Shown: positions 27,060 to 39,173, numbered from the stretch's first letter. The stretch is 39,903 nucleotides of DNA from Luminiphilus sp. (GCA_965658485.1 CBFHSJ010000004.1:1-39903); one strand, 5' to 3'. Translations and numbers: made by a program. The notes: a model not told the origin generated them from the letters alone.

Positions 27060-28232
27060 TCAGTTTCGCGCTTCGACGTCGTAGGCTTTTAAGGTACCGT
27101 CGTTGGTGTAGATAAACAGCCGGTTGCCCCGCGCGATCATGTCGGCTCGCGCGCCCTTTGAATCGACCTTGGTACGGCCAACAATTTCTCCATCGACCTG
27201 CGATAGCAGATGCAGATACCCCTCGAAATCAACCGTTGCCGCATAGCTGTTGACCGGCGTCGGTCGCGACAACTCGCGGAAACCGAGATCGATATTCTGC
27301 CAGCGAACTCCTTGCCCATTGCGCAGGAAGGCACTCACGGTGCCATCGTCGTCAGCGACGTACACGTTGCCGAAGCCCACACCCACTCCCGATACCGACG
27401 ATACGTTGCGCTGCCATAGCCGCCGACCGGAACGCGTGTCGATAGCTGCCAAGCGACCTTGATAGCTCGCGACATACAGTTCGCTGCCCTGAAGCGCCAT
27501 GGAACCATCGATATCAACAATGCGTTCGATTTCAGATCGGCCCTGCGGAATCGCCACCCGGGACTCCCAAGCCACATTGCCAGAGCGCAGATTGATGGCG
27601 ACCACCTTGCCATCGGCGAATCCGGCGATGGCGTTATCGCCGAGAATCATCGGCGTACCGGTACCCCGCAGAGTCAGTACGGGCACGTCACTGGTGTAGG
27701 TCCAGCGGGTCTCACCGGTTTCGTAATCGAAACCCATGAGCTTGCCATCATAGGTCTGGGCCACCACATAGCGACCATTACCCTGAGGGGCCGACAGCAC
27801 TTCTCCCGAGACCACTGCACGCCAGATTTCCTCGCCGCTGTCGGCCGACAGGCGCATGACCAGTCCTTCGGAAGCACCGACGAAAATGGAGTCGGCGTAG
27901 TGCCCTACACCGCCAGACAATGCCAAATCCAGATTACTCTTCCATCGCACTCGGCCCGTCTCGGCATCGACCGAGGCGAGCTTACCCTCGGAGGAGGCGA
28001 CATAAATGCTGTCATTTACGAGGATGGGATTGATCTTGTAGAAGCCTTCACCCTGGCCATCACCGACCCCGCGGGACCAACGGCTCTTGAGCTTGACCTG
28101 CTCGTCGATCTTCTGGAGTTCTACGGGTTCACGCGGATCGAAATCATCATCGCTGAACCAACCCGTAATCGTGCTACAGCCCGCACTGAGCGCGAAGCTC
28201 ATCACCAGCACTGTGCGCGTGAGCTGTCTCAT
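27060..28232 (-). CDS. bamB: Outer membrane assembly lipoprotein BamB
   Basis: Lipobox LSAGC, PQQ-type repeats, [15 protein letters not shown]. Conserved position between yfgM and der. Confidence 0.93.
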   Translation of the reverse strand: MRQLTRTVLVMSFALSAGCSTITGWFSDDDFDPREPVELQKIDEQVKLKSRWSRGVGDGQGEGFYKINPILVNDSIYVASSEGKLASVDAETGRVRWKSNLDLALSGGVGHYADSIFVGASEGLVMRLSADSGEEIWRAVVSGEVLSAPQGNGRYVVAQTYDGKLMGFDYETGETRWTYTSDVPVLTLRGTGTPMILGDNAIAGFADGKVVAINLRSGNVAWESRVAIPQGRSEIERIVDIDGSMALQGSELYVASYQGRLAAIDTRSGRRLWQRNVSSVSGVGVGFGNVYVADDDGTVSAFLRNGQGVRWQNIDLGFRELSRPTPVNSYAATVDFEGYLHLLSQVDGEIVGRTKVDSKGARADMIARGNRLFIYTNDGTLKAYDVEARN

Positions 28233-28909
28233 CAGCTGGCATCCTCGGCGACGTCGGTCTCAGGTGAGGCAGGCAGGCGCGTCTCGAGCGTGCGTACCTT
28301 GTTATCAAGTACGACGCTGTACTGACCCAACTCTGTGGCCCGATCGCGGCCCTCGCGATAGGCCGTTAACGCGTCATCAGTGCGGCCCGCCGACAAGTGG
28401 ATATCGCCCTCAGCTTGAGCATAGGCGACGGGATAGGCGTCGCTGCCCTGGGAAAGTATTGCCAGCGCTTCGGTTTCTTGACCCTGTGCTGCGATAACCC
28501 GCGCTAACCGCAGCTGAATCAGTTGCCCAATATCAGAGCGGGTGTCGCCGGCGGCCAGCGCCCATCGCAAAGCGGATTCCGCGCCAGAGAGATCGGCTGC
28601 CTCAACGGCCACCTTCGCCTCCAGCATGGCACCGAATCGCGCATAGGTGGAACCAGCATGATTTTCTCTCAACTGCGCTGCCAGCGCTGCGATTTGCTCG
28701 GAGTCATCGCCTTCGATCTGGACGGCGAGCATGCTGGCATAAAGATCCGAGGCGGCTTCGGCTTCAGAGGCAGTGAACCCCTGATACTGCTGCCAGCCCA
28801 CCGTCCCCAGCACGGCCACCACGACTGCGGCGACGATGCCTTTGCCGTTCTCATCCCACCACCGCTTTAGGGCCTCGAGATCTGCCTCATCCTGCATATG
28901 TTCTGCCAC
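28232..28909 (-). CDS. yfgM: YfgM TPR ancillary SecYEG subunit
   Basis: LKRWWDENG, a single TM helix, LRLARV, GDI. Synteny. Confidence 0.9.
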   Translation of the reverse strand: MAEHMQDEADLEALKRWWDENGKGIVAAVVVAVLGTVGWQQYQGFTASEAEAASDLYASMLAVQIEGDDSEQIAALAAQLRENHAGSTYARFGAMLEAKVAVEAADLSGAESALRWALAAGDTRSDIGQLIQLRLARVIAAQGQETEALAILSQGSDAYPVAYAQAEGDIHLSAGRTDDALTAYREGRDRATELGQYSVVLDNKVRTLETRLPASPETDVAEDAS

Positions 28910-28924
28910 GCGTGACTCCTTTTA

Positions 28925-30205
28925 TCAGGCGCTGTGTGCCGCCGCGAGATAGTTGGCCAGAAAAGACTCCAGCTCGGCATCCGTTATGGTCTGTTGCTCG
29001 GCTTCCGCCCGCAAGGGCTTGAGCGTGACCTGGTTGTTTGCCACTTCGGCGTCACCATAAACCAGAGCCCAGGCAGCGCCACTTTTATCAGCACGCTTGA
29101 ACTGGCTCTTGAAACTGCCACCACCTAGGTGCTGCACCATATCAAGGTCCGGGAACTGCCGACGCAGGGCATCCAGCCTCGGCAGACTGTGTCGATAGGC
29201 ATTTTCGTCTGCCGTCACAACATATAGGTCCGCAGGGGCCGAGACTGTAATATCCAACGCCTGCATGAGCAAGATCAGTCGCTCTAGGCCCACGGCAAAA
29301 CCGGCCGCAGGCGTCTCTTTACCGCCAAACGTCGATACCAGCGTGTCGTAGCGCCCACCGCCGCATACCGTGCTCTGCGCCCCGAGATGCTCAGTGGTCC
29401 ACTCAAATACCGTTTTATTGTAGTAATCGAGACCGCGTACCAGTCTGGGATTAACCACATAGGCAATACCGAGCGCATCAAGCTGGCTGAGTAATTCGGC
29501 AAATTCAGCCTGAATCTCAGCATTGAGATAGTCAGACAGCACCGGTGCCGAATCAAGCACCGCCCGCGTATCCGGACTTTTGCTGTCGAGAATGCGGAGC
29601 GGGTTAGTCTCCAATCGGCGCTGACTGTCCTCATCTAGACTGTCACGATGTTGGCCGAGATAGCCCACGAGGGCCTCCCGGTAGCGCGCACGATCAGCCG
29701 CAGAACCAATGCTGTTGATCTCCAACTGCAGGCCATCGTCCACGCCGAGGCGTCGCCATAGCTGCCGACTCAGTGCGATTAGCTCGGCGTCCTGATCAGG
29801 TGTCGCCACGCCGAAGGCCTCAACGCCCAGCTGATGAAACTGGCGCTGGCGGCCCTTTTGGGGTCGCTCGTAGCGAAACATCGGCCCCATGTACCATAGG
29901 CGTTGAGGCGTCACAGCGAGGTTATGCTGCACCACCGCCCTCACGCACCCCGCCGTACCCTCCGGGCGCAGCGTCATGCTCTCGTCGTTGCGATCCGCAA
30001 AGCTGTACATCTCTTTTTCAACAATATCGGTGACCTCACCGATGGAGCGGGCGAATAGATCAGTCGGCTCAATAATGGGCAGACGGATCTCGGCATAGCC
30101 ATAGCTCGACAACACCTCGAGCGCGACCGTCTCCATTGACTGCCACAGCGGGGTGTCCTCGGGCAGAATGTCGACCATCCCGCGTATCGCTCGAAAAGTT
30201 GTCAT
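28925..30205 (-). CDS. hisS: Histidine--tRNA ligase
   Basis: LRPEGTA, FRYERPQKGR.RQF, LVRGLDYY, GGGRYD, GLERL. Confidence 0.98.
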   Translation of the reverse strand: MTTFRAIRGMVDILPEDTPLWQSMETVALEVLSSYGYAEIRLPIIEPTDLFARSIGEVTDIVEKEMYSFADRNDESMTLRPEGTAGCVRAVVQHNLAVTPQRLWYMGPMFRYERPQKGRQRQFHQLGVEAFGVATPDQDAELIALSRQLWRRLGVDDGLQLEINSIGSAADRARYREALVGYLGQHRDSLDEDSQRRLETNPLRILDSKSPDTRAVLDSAPVLSDYLNAEIQAEFAELLSQLDALGIAYVVNPRLVRGLDYYNKTVFEWTTEHLGAQSTVCGGGRYDTLVSTFGGKETPAAGFAVGLERLILLMQALDITVSAPADLYVVTADENAYRHSLPRLDALRRQFPDLDMVQHLGGGSFKSQFKRADKSGAAWALVYGDAEVANNQVTLKPLRAEAEQQTITDAELESFLANYLAAAHSA

Positions 30206-30213
30206 GATGTGAG

Positions 30214-31341
30214 TCAGTGTGTGCTGGAGATGATGTTGGCTTCCCGCTCCGAGCGCGCGACTTCAAGGGCCTGTGCGCGATCGCGAATCACCGATTCAAG
30301 ATGGTCCACAAAGTCCTGGTTGCTGACTTTGTGGTCGGGCTCACCGGAGATGTAGATCAGGTTGTTGGGTGTAGCACCCGTGAGGCCAACATCCGCCTCC
30401 CGCGCCTCGCCTGGCCCGTTAACGATGCAGCCAATCACCGCCACATCCATGGGCGTGCGGATATCCTCAAGACGGCTTTCCAGCTCATTCATGGTGCTGA
30501 TCACATCAAAGTTCTGGCGCGAGCAACTTGGGCAAGCGATGAAATTGATGCCATTGGCACGCAATTTCAGGCTCTTCAAGATTTCAAAGCCCACCTTGAC
30601 CTCTTCCACCGGATCGGCGGCCAATGAGATCCGGATCGTATCGCCAATGCCTTCCATCAACAGCATGCCGATCCCCACCGCAGATTTCACGGTGCCACCG
30701 CGCGTGCCACCCGCCTCGGTAATACCCAAATGAAGCGGCTGTTCAATCTGCTGAGCCAGCTTGCGATAGGCCTCTACCGCCATGAAGACCTCCGAGGCCT
30801 TGACGCTCACCTTGAAGTCCTGAAAATCGTGACGGTCCAGTATCTCCACATTCCTCAGCGCGGACTCCACTAGGGCGTCGGCATTCGGCTCCGGGTACTT
30901 GCGCAGTAGCTCCTTACCCAAGGACCCGGCATTCACACCAATACGAATCGGAATACCCCGGTCCTGGCACGCCGCAATGACTTCCTTCACTTTGGCCTCG
31001 CGACCGATATTGCCAGGGTTGATACGCAGACAGTCGACACCGTACTCGGCGACCTTAAGCGCTATTTTGTGATCGAAGTGAATATCCGCCACCACGGGGA
31101 CACCGGCTCTGGGTCGAATCTCTTTAAAGGCCTCAGCAGCCTCCATGCTCGGCACAGAGACCCTGACCAAATCGGCACCCGCCGCTGCAATGGCATGGAT
31201 CTGTGCGACCGTTGCCTCAACATCACAGGTTTCAGTATTGGTCATGCTCTGCACGGCGATGGGGGCATCGCCGCCAATCGGCACGTTGCCTACCTGAATC
31301 TGTCTACTCACGCGGCGCTTTATGGGCGAAGGCTGGTTCAT
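30214..31341 (-). CDS. ispG: (E)-4-hydroxy-3-methylbut-2-enyl diphosphate synthase
   Basis: [49 protein letters not shown]. Confidence 0.97.
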   Translation of the reverse strand: MNQPSPIKRRVSRQIQVGNVPIGGDAPIAVQSMTNTETCDVEATVAQIHAIAAAGADLVRVSVPSMEAAEAFKEIRPRAGVPVVADIHFDHKIALKVAEYGVDCLRINPGNIGREAKVKEVIAACQDRGIPIRIGVNAGSLGKELLRKYPEPNADALVESALRNVEILDRHDFQDFKVSVKASEVFMAVEAYRKLAQQIEQPLHLGITEAGGTRGGTVKSAVGIGMLLMEGIGDTIRISLAADPVEEVKVGFEILKSLKLRANGINFIACPSCSRQNFDVISTMNELESRLEDIRTPMDVAVIGCIVNGPGEAREADVGLTGATPNNLIYISGEPDHKVSNQDFVDHLESVIRDRAQALEVARSEREANIISSTH

Positions 31342-31383
31342 GGCCACTGTCCTCCTGTATCCGGCTTTTGAACCGAATACTCG

Positions 31384-32226
31384 TTATCGACTCTGACGCT
31401 CTATCCAGGCCCTGTACTCGAGAGAATCCGGGTACAGATTGCGCAATGCCAACTCATAGCTACCCAGCGCGTCCTGATCGCCTGTTTGACTGGCGATTTC
31501 CAGACCGAGTAGCAGCCCCCGCGGCGATTGCTGTGGAGAGACCGTCCTGTAGGCACTATGATACCGCGCGGCTTCGTTAGTATCACCCGCTTCAAGTCGA
31601 AGAAAACCCATCTCCAGAAGCGCTACCAGATTGCGTCGGTCCATGGATAGGGCTCGGGTAAACGCCGCCTCGGCGCCCGCGTTGTGGTCAAGCTGCAGCC
31701 GACACAACCCTAAATTCACAAAGGTCATGGGGCGACCGCCATATAGCGTATCTTCCGTCACGCGATAAAACTCGCGCTCCGCCTCGATATAACGCCCTTG
31801 AGCGTAAAGAAATGCAGCATAGTTGTTGCGGGCTCTGGAGAGTTTGGGCTCTGCTTTCAGGGCCGCTAAGAATTGATTTTCTGCCATCTCGAACTCGCCG
31901 GTGCTCTGGTACACCAGCGCGAAGGCCTCGAAGACCTCGGCATTCTCGGGATCCACCTCCCGGGCCAATTCGAGATTGCGCTTGGCGTTTTCCCAGTCAC
32001 CCACACCGATATATTGCCTGGCGAGTGCCACACGCTTGTCCAGCGTAGCGTCGGGGTTAGAGGACATCTGTGTCCCGCCGCTGTACTCTGTGACACAACC
32101 GACCATCAGGCTCAGCAAAATCAGAAGCGCACCACCGCGGAAGAGGCCGCCGCTGTGACCTTGTGCCGCGCGGCCCAAGCGGGCGCCACACTCTAGTTGG
32201 CTCTGTGGCAAGCCCTTCGCTTTCAT
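31384..32226 (-). CDS. pilW: Type IV pilus biogenesis/stability TPR lipoprotein PilW (PilF)
   Basis: Lipobox MVGC, TPR repeats, [20 protein letters not shown]. Follows rlmN. Confidence 0.88.
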   Translation of the reverse strand: MKAKGLPQSQLECGARLGRAAQGHSGGLFRGGALLILLSLMVGCVTEYSGGTQMSSNPDATLDKRVALARQYIGVGDWENAKRNLELAREVDPENAEVFEAFALVYQSTGEFEMAENQFLAALKAEPKLSRARNNYAAFLYAQGRYIEAEREFYRVTEDTLYGGRPMTFVNLGLCRLQLDHNAGAEAAFTRALSMDRRNLVALLEMGFLRLEAGDTNEAARYHSAYRTVSPQQSPRGLLLGLEIASQTGDQDALGSYELALRNLYPDSLEYRAWIERQSR

Positions 32227-33398
32227 GGGCCCGATTCCAACAGGCTGTGATCGCCGCGTCCAGCCCGGTGGCGTTCAGCGCGTCGGGTTCGGTCTACAAC
32301 CTCGCCCACGAGCTGGCCACAGGCCGCGTCAATATCATCGCCCCGGGTAGTGCGCACTGTCACCACAAAGCCGGCGTCGGTCAGTACCTGCCAAAACCGA
32401 CTGACCGCATTGCCGCTGGGGCGTTGATAACCTGAATTGGGGAAATCGTTAAAGGGGATGAGGTTGATCTTGCAGGGATAGCCCTCAAGCAAGGTGGCGA
32501 GTTCTCTCGCCTGCTCGACGCTGTCATTGACCCCCGCGAGCAGGGTGTACTCAATAGTGACCACCCGTTTTTTGTCGGCTTGCGCGTCCAGATAAGCCCT
32601 GGCGGAGGCCAGCAATCGGGCGATCGGATATTTCCGATTAATGGGCACGATCTGGTCCCGAAGCGCGTCGTTGGGCGCATGGAGTGAAACCGCCAAACTG
32701 ACATCTGCCCACTCAGCGAGCCGATCCAGACTAGGCACCACCCCCGATGTCGAGAGCGTCACCTTGCGCTTGGAGAGCCCGTAGGCCAGGTCGTCGCACA
32801 TCAAGCTCATGGCGGACACGACATTATCAAAATTAAGGAGCGGCTCCCCCATACCCATCATGACCACATTGGTCACGACACGGCCCTTACCAGACTGCCA
32901 GGCATCGTAGGAGTTAATGGCCAGCCACACCTGGCCGATGATCTCGGCCGCAGTCAAATCACGCTGGAAGCCTTGCTTTCCGGTGGAACAAAAGGTGCAG
33001 TCGAGGCTGCACCCAACCTGCGAGGACACGCATAGTGTCGCGCGATCACCTTCGGGGATCAGAACCGCCTCCACCAGGCTGCCACCGTCTACCGCTATAG
33101 CCCACTTTCGAGTGCCATCCTGTGAATCGTGCTGCTCAGCGATGTTAGGTGGCGTGATCTCGGCTATCTCACCCAACTGCGCCCTGAGGGACTGACTGAG
33201 GTCCGTCATCTCCTCAAAGTCGCGCACGCCACGATGATGGATCCACTTCATGACCTGCTGGGCACGGAATCGCTTCTCGCCGAGATTAGCGAAGAATGTC
33301 TCGAGCTGTTGTCGGGTCAAACCCAGTAGGTTGACCCGATCGGTTACCGGTGAAGCGGCGATGAGTTGGTCTGCTGCGGTCATGGCATCAGACTCCAT
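32223..33398 (-). CDS. rlmN: Dual-specificity 23S rRNA/tRNA methyltransferase RlmN
   Basis: [35 protein letters not shown]. Confidence 0.97.
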   Translation of the reverse strand: MESDAMTAADQLIAASPVTDRVNLLGLTRQQLETFFANLGEKRFRAQQVMKWIHHRGVRDFEEMTDLSQSLRAQLGEIAEITPPNIAEQHDSQDGTRKWAIAVDGGSLVEAVLIPEGDRATLCVSSQVGCSLDCTFCSTGKQGFQRDLTAAEIIGQVWLAINSYDAWQSGKGRVVTNVVMMGMGEPLLNFDNVVSAMSLMCDDLAYGLSKRKVTLSTSGVVPSLDRLAEWADVSLAVSLHAPNDALRDQIVPINRKYPIARLLASARAYLDAQADKKRVVTIEYTLLAGVNDSVEQARELATLLEGYPCKINLIPFNDFPNSGYQRPSGNAVSRFWQVLTDAGFVVTVRTTRGDDIDAACGQLVGEVVDRTRRAERHRAGRGDHSLLESGP

Positions 33399-33401
33399 GC
33401 C

Positions 33402-33827
33402 TCAGCGCGGGCAGATCTCACTCGAGGCAAAGAAGTAGGCAATCTCGCGCTCAGCAGAAGCAGGGGAATCGGAACCGTGGACCGCGTTGGCATCGATAGA
33501 TTGAGCAAAATCGGCGCGGATGGTGCCGGCCTCAGCTTCCTGAGGATTAGTTGCCCCCATCAGCTCGCGATTTCGCGCGATCGCATCATCACCCTCAAGC
33601 ACCTGTACAACCACTGGGCCTGAAGTCATGAACTTGACAAGATCCGGATAGAAGGGGCGCTCTTTGTGCTCGGCGTAAAAACCACCGGCAAGGTTATCAG
33701 ACAGATGCAGCATTTTAGCCGCTACCACGGTCAGTCCTGCCTCTTCAAAACGGCTGATAATCTGGCCAATCACGTTTTTCCCCACCGCATCGGGCTTGAT
33801 AATCGATAAGGTACGCTCCACCGCCAT
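33402..33827 (-). CDS. ndk: Nucleoside diphosphate kinase
   Basis: [27 protein letters not shown]. Confidence 0.98.
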   Translation of the reverse strand: MAVERTLSIIKPDAVGKNVIGQIISRFEEAGLTVVAAKMLHLSDNLAGGFYAEHKERPFYPDLVKFMTSGPVVVQVLEGDDAIARNRELMGATNPQEAEAGTIRADFAQSIDANAVHGSDSPASAEREIAYFFASSEICPR

Positions 33828-33880
33828 GTTGCTCTCCGTTTTCTACTAATGAAGTCAAGGCGCTTGCCTCGCGGGCGCGG

Positions 33881-33910
33881 AGTATAAGGGGTTTTACACC
33901 GCAGTGTCAT
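33881..33910 (-). promoter_or_regulatory. Putative sigma70 promoter of ndk
   Basis: ATGACA-18 nt-TATACT followed by GC-rich CCGCGCCC. Confidence 0.5.
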
Positions 33911-33940
33911 GGCAACAATGCCACCCGGATTGCCCCGTAT

Positions 33941-34279
33941 CTAGTGCCGCTCTGAGGCGTGGTTGATGGTGTAGCGCGGGATTTCGACCACCAGATTGGT
34001 ATCACCTACCCGTGCTTGGCAAGACAGCCGGGATTCCGGCTCAAGTCCCCATGCTTTATCGAGGTAATCCTCCTCGAGCTCATCGGCCTCTGCCAATGAC
34101 TCAAAGCCCTCGCGCACAATGACATGGCAAGTGGTGCACGCACAGGACATCTCACAGGCGTGTTCAATCTCGATATCGTTACGCAGCAGGGCTTCGCACA
34201 CACTCTCTCCCTGCTCGGCCTCAATCACAGCCCCTTCGGGGCAGATCTCGTGATGGGGTAATAAAACGATTTCTGTCAC
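33941..34279 (-). CDS. fdx: ISC system [2Fe-2S] ferredoxin
   Basis: EHACEMSCACTTCH, SRLSCQ, PRYTINHA. Confidence 0.96.
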   Translation of the reverse strand: MTEIVLLPHHEICPEGAVIEAEQGESVCEALLRNDIEIEHACEMSCACTTCHVIVREGFESLAEADELEEDYLDKAWGLEPESRLSCQARVGDTNLVVEIPRYTINHASERH

Positions 34280-36156
34280 GGTGTAGATTCCTCTGCGACA
34301 TCGGACTCGAGCTCCGAGAGCGCGACGCCCTGAAGGGCTTGTTGAATGCTGCGATCCATGCGGCGAGCCGCGAAAACCTCGCTCGCCTTACCCAGGATCT
34401 CGGTTGCCTCACGAATATCGTCTGGCTGGTTCGCCGCCATCACGGCCCCAAGACTCTGCATATCGGATTGCAGCGCAGCTGTCTCGTCTGCGGACAGCAA
34501 GTCACCATCGGCTGCCATTGCGGCCTGCAGTCCGTCGAGTAGGGCCTCGGCCTCGACCCGAGCTTCACCGAGCTTGCGCGCCTGCATGTCCTCGCTGGCA
34601 TGCTCGTATCCTGCTTTAAGCATGTCGGTAATCTGTGCTTCATCCAAACCAAAGGCCGGCTTCACCACGATCTCGCTGCGGGCACCGGTTTGCTGCTCCA
34701 CTGCAGAGACAGCGAGAATGCCGTCGGCGTCCACCTGAAACGTCACCTCAATGCGGGCAGCACCCGCAACCATTGGCGGAATACCGGTGAGCTCAAAACG
34801 GGCCAGAGAACGACAGTCCTCCACGCGCTCCCGCTCCCCCTGCACCACGTGGACAACCAGCCCAGTTTGGCCATCCCGAGCAGTGGTAAATTCCTGCGCC
34901 CGCGCAACGGGGATCGTGCTATTTCGGTCGACAATACGCTCTACCAGCCCACCATAGGTCTCGAGGCCCAGTGACAGCGGGATGACGTCGAGCAACAGCG
35001 CTTCATCGCCCTGCCGATTACCCACCAGGATGTCCGCCTGCCGAGCAGCGCCCATTGCCACGACCTGATCCGGATCAAGATTGCATAGGGGTTCCAGACC
35101 AAAGCAGTTTGCGACCGCCTGACGCACGGCCGGCGTGCGGGTCGACCCTCCGACCAGCACCACGCGATCAACCGCATCGACCCTGGCGTCTGCGAGGGTC
35201 TGGCGGCAGGCATCAAGGGTGCGCTCAATATACGGCGAGAGTAGCGATTCCAGGGTCGATCGAGATACCGTGATTTCGTGGTCGCCCGCATCGAGCCCGC
35301 TCACATCGAGGTCCACTGACACCGTGTCACTCAAGCGCTCTTTGACGTTCCGGGCCAGTGACAACGCGACCCGTCGTTGAACCACTGTGGGCTCACCGAT
35401 CGACAGCTCAGCGAGTAAATAAGACGCTAATGCGCGATCAAAATCATCACCGCCCAGCGCACTGTCACCCCCTGTGGCAAGCACTTCGAACAAGCCCGCG
35501 CGCATGCGCAAAAGCGAGATATCAAAGGTCCCACCGCCCAGGTCATAGACCGCCAATAGGGATGATTCCTCAGCCTGCTCATCAAGACCGTAAGCCACCG
35601 CCGCTGCAGTGGGTTCATTGAGTAAGCGCAGGACTTTAATACCAGCCAGCTCCGCAGCTTGGCGGGTGCCCTGGCGTTGCGCGTCGTCAAAGTAGGCCGG
35701 TACCGTGATCACGGCACCGGCGATGGGCCCGCTCAACTGCGGCCCAGCTCTGTCTTTCAGCGCACCTAGGATCGCCGCCGAGACCTCAACAGGCGTCTTG
35801 GTACCCGCATCGGTCGCAAAAGCGAGGCCCTCGCCCCCGGCCAGCTGAATATAGGGGTCGTCTTCAAACTCTCGACGTGATCGGCCCAACATCCTCTTGG
35901 CAGACGCGATAGTATTGCCCGGTTCAGCACTAGCGTGTTGCTCAGCATCTGAGCCCACCAAAGTCTGCGACGTGCCGAAGTACACCACCGAGGGCAACGA
36001 TGCCTGCCCGCTGTCATCCGTCAGCACATTCAACTTTGTTCCATCGAAGTGCGCGATCAAGCTATTGGTGGTACCGAGGTCGATGCCAACGGCGATCTGA
36101 CGTTTGGTATGACTCTCAGGCGCGGCACCCGGTTCAGAAATCTGTAAAAGCGCCAT
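34276..36156 (-). CDS. hscA: Fe-S assembly chaperone HscA
   Basis: MALLQISEPG start, GIDLGTTNS, DLGGGTFD, LLDVIPLSLG, FAARRMD. Confidence 0.96.
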   Translation of the reverse strand: MALLQISEPGAAPESHTKRQIAVGIDLGTTNSLIAHFDGTKLNVLTDDSGQASLPSVVYFGTSQTLVGSDAEQHASAEPGNTIASAKRMLGRSRREFEDDPYIQLAGGEGLAFATDAGTKTPVEVSAAILGALKDRAGPQLSGPIAGAVITVPAYFDDAQRQGTRQAAELAGIKVLRLLNEPTAAAVAYGLDEQAEESSLLAVYDLGGGTFDISLLRMRAGLFEVLATGGDSALGGDDFDRALASYLLAELSIGEPTVVQRRVALSLARNVKERLSDTVSVDLDVSGLDAGDHEITVSRSTLESLLSPYIERTLDACRQTLADARVDAVDRVVLVGGSTRTPAVRQAVANCFGLEPLCNLDPDQVVAMGAARQADILVGNRQGDEALLLDVIPLSLGLETYGGLVERIVDRNSTIPVARAQEFTTARDGQTGLVVHVVQGERERVEDCRSLARFELTGIPPMVAGAARIEVTFQVDADGILAVSAVEQQTGARSEIVVKPAFGLDEAQITDMLKAGYEHASEDMQARKLGEARVEAEALLDGLQAAMAADGDLLSADETAALQSDMQSLGAVMAANQPDDIREATEILGKASEVFAARRMDRSIQQALQGVALSELESDVAEESTP

Positions 36157-36158
36157 CG

Positions 36159-36683
36159 TCAGCTCACCCGCAGCTTCGGTTCGCTGAGCAGTTTGGCGAG
36201 GTAGCACATTTCCTGCCAATGACGCGCCGCATCCAGATAGGCATCAGCGGCGAGGGTTTTGGCGAACTGATCGCGACTCGCTGTGTAGTGAGCCTGAATG
36301 GCTGCAGTCAGGTCCTGGCGGCCGGCAGCGTCTGACGGGCCTAGCTCCTCCAACTGCTCGCGCAAACTGATCTGGGTCATCAAAAAAGTGGACTCAACAC
36401 CCGCGCGTTCCGCCGCAACCAGATCGACACCCGCTTGTTGCAGCAGGTATTCAGCACGGGAGACTTCGTCAGATAGGATCCGGTAGCCGCTGTTAATGTC
36501 AGCGCAAAACTGCGCCGCCACTCGCTGCTCAACTTGAGGTTTGCCTGCATAGCGGTCGGGGTGAAACTGGATCAGCAGGGAATGGTAGGCTCTCTCAAGC
36601 GCCGTCTCGTCCAACGCGAAGTCGGGCTCTAACTGAAACAACGAAAAATAGTCGCGCGCCGTCGCGCCCGCGGTGGTACTCAC
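36159..36683 (-). CDS. hscB: Fe-S co-chaperone HscB
   Basis: DYFSLF, J-domain HPD, RAEYLL, FLM.Q..LRE.LE. Start GTG 36683. Confidence 0.9.
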   Translation of the reverse strand: MSTTAGATARDYFSLFQLEPDFALDETALERAYHSLLIQFHPDRYAGKPQVEQRVAAQFCADINSGYRILSDEVSRAEYLLQQAGVDLVAAERAGVESTFLMTQISLREQLEELGPSDAAGRQDLTAAIQAHYTASRDQFAKTLAADAYLDAARHWQEMCYLAKLLSEPKLRVS

Positions 36684-36685
36684 GC

Positions 36686-37009
36686 TCAGACCGTGAAGCT
36701 TTCGCCGCAGCCGCACTCTCCGGCAACATTGGGGTTACGGAACTCGAGGCCCTCGTTCAGACCTTCACGGGCAAAATCCACTATCGTGCCATCAAGGTAC
36801 ACAAGACTCTTTGGATCGACAAAGACTTTGACACCATCGGACTCAAAGAAGGCGTCCTCCGGCTCCACCTGATCAACAAACTCAAGGACATAAGCGAGAC
36901 CCGAGCATCCCGAAGTCTTCACCCCGATACGAATGCCCTCGCCTTTGCCGCGACTGGCAAGCTGACGGCTCACGTGCTCCGCCGCTTCACTGGTCAGGCT
37001 GATCGACAC
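36686..37009 (-). CDS. iscA: Fe-S cluster assembly protein IscA
   Basis: [15 protein letters not shown]...ECGCGESF. Start GTG 37009. Confidence 0.96.
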   Translation of the reverse strand: MSISLTSEAAEHVSRQLASRGKGEGIRIGVKTSGCSGLAYVLEFVDQVEPEDAFFESDGVKVFVDPKSLVYLDGTIVDFAREGLNEGLEFRNPNVAGECGCGESFTV

Positions 37010-37010
37010 C

Positions 37011-37394
37011 TCAGCTGTCCTGCTTGTCTCGGTAGTTCTGAACGGCGGCTTTGATCGCATCCTCGGCCAACACCGAGCAGTGAATTTTTACCGGCGGCAG
37101 TGACAGCTCCTGTGCGATCTCGGTGTTCTTGATCGATGCGGCTTCATCCAGATTCTTGCCTTTGACCCACTCAGTCAGGAGTGAACTCGAGGCGATGGCC
37201 GAGCCGCAGCCATAGGTTTTAAACTTAGCATCCTCGATGACACCGTCGTCGTTCACCTGAATCTGCAGGCGCATCACGTCGCCACAGGCCGGCGCACCGA
37301 CCATGCCGGTTCCGACGTTGTCGTCGCCATCGTCTAGCTTGCCGACGTTGCGCGGGTTCTCGTAGTGGTCAATTACTTTGTCGCTATATGCCAT
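37011..37394 (-). CDS. iscU: Fe-S scaffold IscU
   Basis: [41 protein letters not shown]. Confidence 0.98.
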   Translation of the reverse strand: MAYSDKVIDHYENPRNVGKLDDGDDNVGTGMVGAPACGDVMRLQIQVNDDGVIEDAKFKTYGCGSAIASSSLLTEWVKGKNLDEAASIKNTEIAQELSLPPVKIHCSVLAEDAIKAAVQNYRDKQDS

Positions 37395-37424
37395 GGTTCT
37401 CTCCCAAAGGCTTTAGTGACGGCG

Positions 37425-38657
37425 CTAGTGCGCCGCCCATTCAATCGTATTGAGGTCTACACCGTCCTGATACATGTCCCATAATGGAGACAACTCGCGC
37501 AGTTTTTCTACCGCGTGTCGGACAGACTGCGCCGCATGGTCCACTTCTGCCTCGGTGGTGAAACGCCCGAAACTGAATCTCAATGAACTGTGCGCCAGCT
37601 CGTCATTCAGCCCCAAAGCCCGCAACACGTAGGACGGCTCAAGGCTGGCCGAGGTACAAGCCGAGCCGCTTGAGATCGCCAGATCTCGCAGAGACATGAT
37701 GAGCGACTCTCCTTCAACAAACGCAAAGCTGACGTTGAGCGCCCCCGGCAACCGCTGATCAGGATCGCCGTTGATGTGGACTTCAGGAATATCATTGATC
37801 GTGTCCCAGAACCGGTGACGCAGTGCCGATAAACGCTCTGCTTCGTCTGCCATCTCAGCTTTGGCGATCCGTGCCGCCTCGCCAAAGCCCACGAGCTGAT
37901 GGGTAGCCAGCGTCCCGGATCGCATGCCGCGTTCGTGACCACCGCCGTGCATCTGCGCTTCGAGTCGAACACGCGGCTTGCGGCGCACATAGAGCGCACC
38001 GACGCCCTTGGGGCCGTACATTTTATGCGCCGACATCGACAACAGATCGACCTTCATGGCCTCCATGTCTAGAGGTACCTTGCCTGCGCTCTGCGCGGCA
38101 TCCACATGGAGCAGTGCACCCGCAGCGCGACAAATCTCGCCAATCCCTGCAATGTCGTTGACCACACCAATCTCGTTATTGGCGTGCATCACGCTAACCA
38201 GAATCGTGTCTTCTCGAAGTACGGCCTGAACCATAGCGGGCGTTGTTAGCCCCTGCTCGTTCGGATCCAGATAGGTCACCTCGTAACCTTCACGCTCCAA
38301 CTGCCGGCAAGTATCCAGCACGGCTTTGTGCTCAATCTTGGAGGTAATAATGTGCTTGCCCTTCTTGTGATAGAAGTGCGCCACCCCTTTTATCGCCAGG
38401 TTATCGGATTCAGTCGCGCCCGAGGTCCAGACAATCTCCCGCGGATCGGCATTGATGAGTTCGGCAACCTGATTGCGCGCGTTCTCGACCGCCTCCTCGG
38501 CTTTCCAGCCAAATACGTGGGAGCGGGACGCGGGATTGCCAAACACCCCCTCCGTAGAGAGGCAGTCGGCCATGACCTTGACCACCCTCGGGTCGGCCGG
38601 CGTGGTCGACAAGTAGTCGAGGTAAATCGGTGTTTGTACTGTCACCGGTGCATTCAT
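37425..38657 (-). CDS. iscS: Cysteine desulfurase IscS
   Basis: [43 protein letters not shown]. Confidence 0.98.
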   Translation of the reverse strand: MNAPVTVQTPIYLDYLSTTPADPRVVKVMADCLSTEGVFGNPASRSHVFGWKAEEAVENARNQVAELINADPREIVWTSGATESDNLAIKGVAHFYHKKGKHIITSKIEHKAVLDTCRQLEREGYEVTYLDPNEQGLTTPAMVQAVLREDTILVSVMHANNEIGVVNDIAGIGEICRAAGALLHVDAAQSAGKVPLDMEAMKVDLLSMSAHKMYGPKGVGALYVRRKPRVRLEAQMHGGGHERGMRSGTLATHQLVGFGEAARIAKAEMADEAERLSALRHRFWDTINDIPEVHINGDPDQRLPGALNVSFAFVEGESLIMSLRDLAISSGSACTSASLEPSYVLRALGLNDELAHSSLRFSFGRFTTEAEVDHAAQSVRHAVEKLRELSPLWDMYQDGVDLNTIEWAAH

Positions 38658-38714
38658 ATTCAATTCATCTCTCTTTGTTGTGCTTGCCCGATCAAACCAG
38701 TGATCACACTGTCG

Positions 38715-39173
38715 TTATCGAATAGACAGGGTCTGCAATACCCCGTCCGTCATCTGTTGGCCTGGGCGGCGCCCGCGTCCATCCATAAGGTCTCCCAGAC
38801 TGATCTGGCTGAGAAACTCGTGGATTTGGCCCGAGAGGTCCTCCCAAAGGTGATGCGTCAGGCAGGTTTCTCCCTGATGGCAATTCCCCTTGCCCTGGCA
38901 GTTGGTCACATCGACCGACTCATCGACCGCATCAATAATCTCGGCGACAAAAATGTCTGCGCCGCTGCGCGCAAGACGGTACCCACCACCGGGCCCTCTA
39001 GCGCTGGTCACCAGTTGCTCGCGGCGCAATTTAGCGAACAACTGCTCCAGATAGGACAGGGAGATTTCCTGCCTACCGGAAATGTCCGCCAATGAGACCG
39101 GTCGACTGCCACCATTGATGGCCAAGTCGAGCATGGCAGTGACGGCATATCGCCCGCGTGTCGTCAGTTTCAT
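38715..39173 (-). CDS. iscR: Fe-S cluster transcriptional regulator IscR
   Basis: [34 protein letters not shown], three Cys plus His (C.....C.....CLTH). Confidence 0.96.
   Translation of the reverse strand: MKLTTRGRYAVTAMLDLAINGGSRPVSLADISGRQEISLSYLEQLFAKLRREQLVTSARGPGGGYRLARSGADIFVAEIIDAVDESVDVTNCQGKGNCHQGETCLTHHLWEDLSGQIHEFLSQISLGDLMDGRGRRPGQQMTDGVLQTLSIR

Noticed and set aside
27459-28325. Long antisense ORFs (288 aa here; also 4507-5223, 8393-8974, 38328-39095)
   Set aside because: They are shadows of well-supported genes on the opposite strand, as expected in high-GC DNA.
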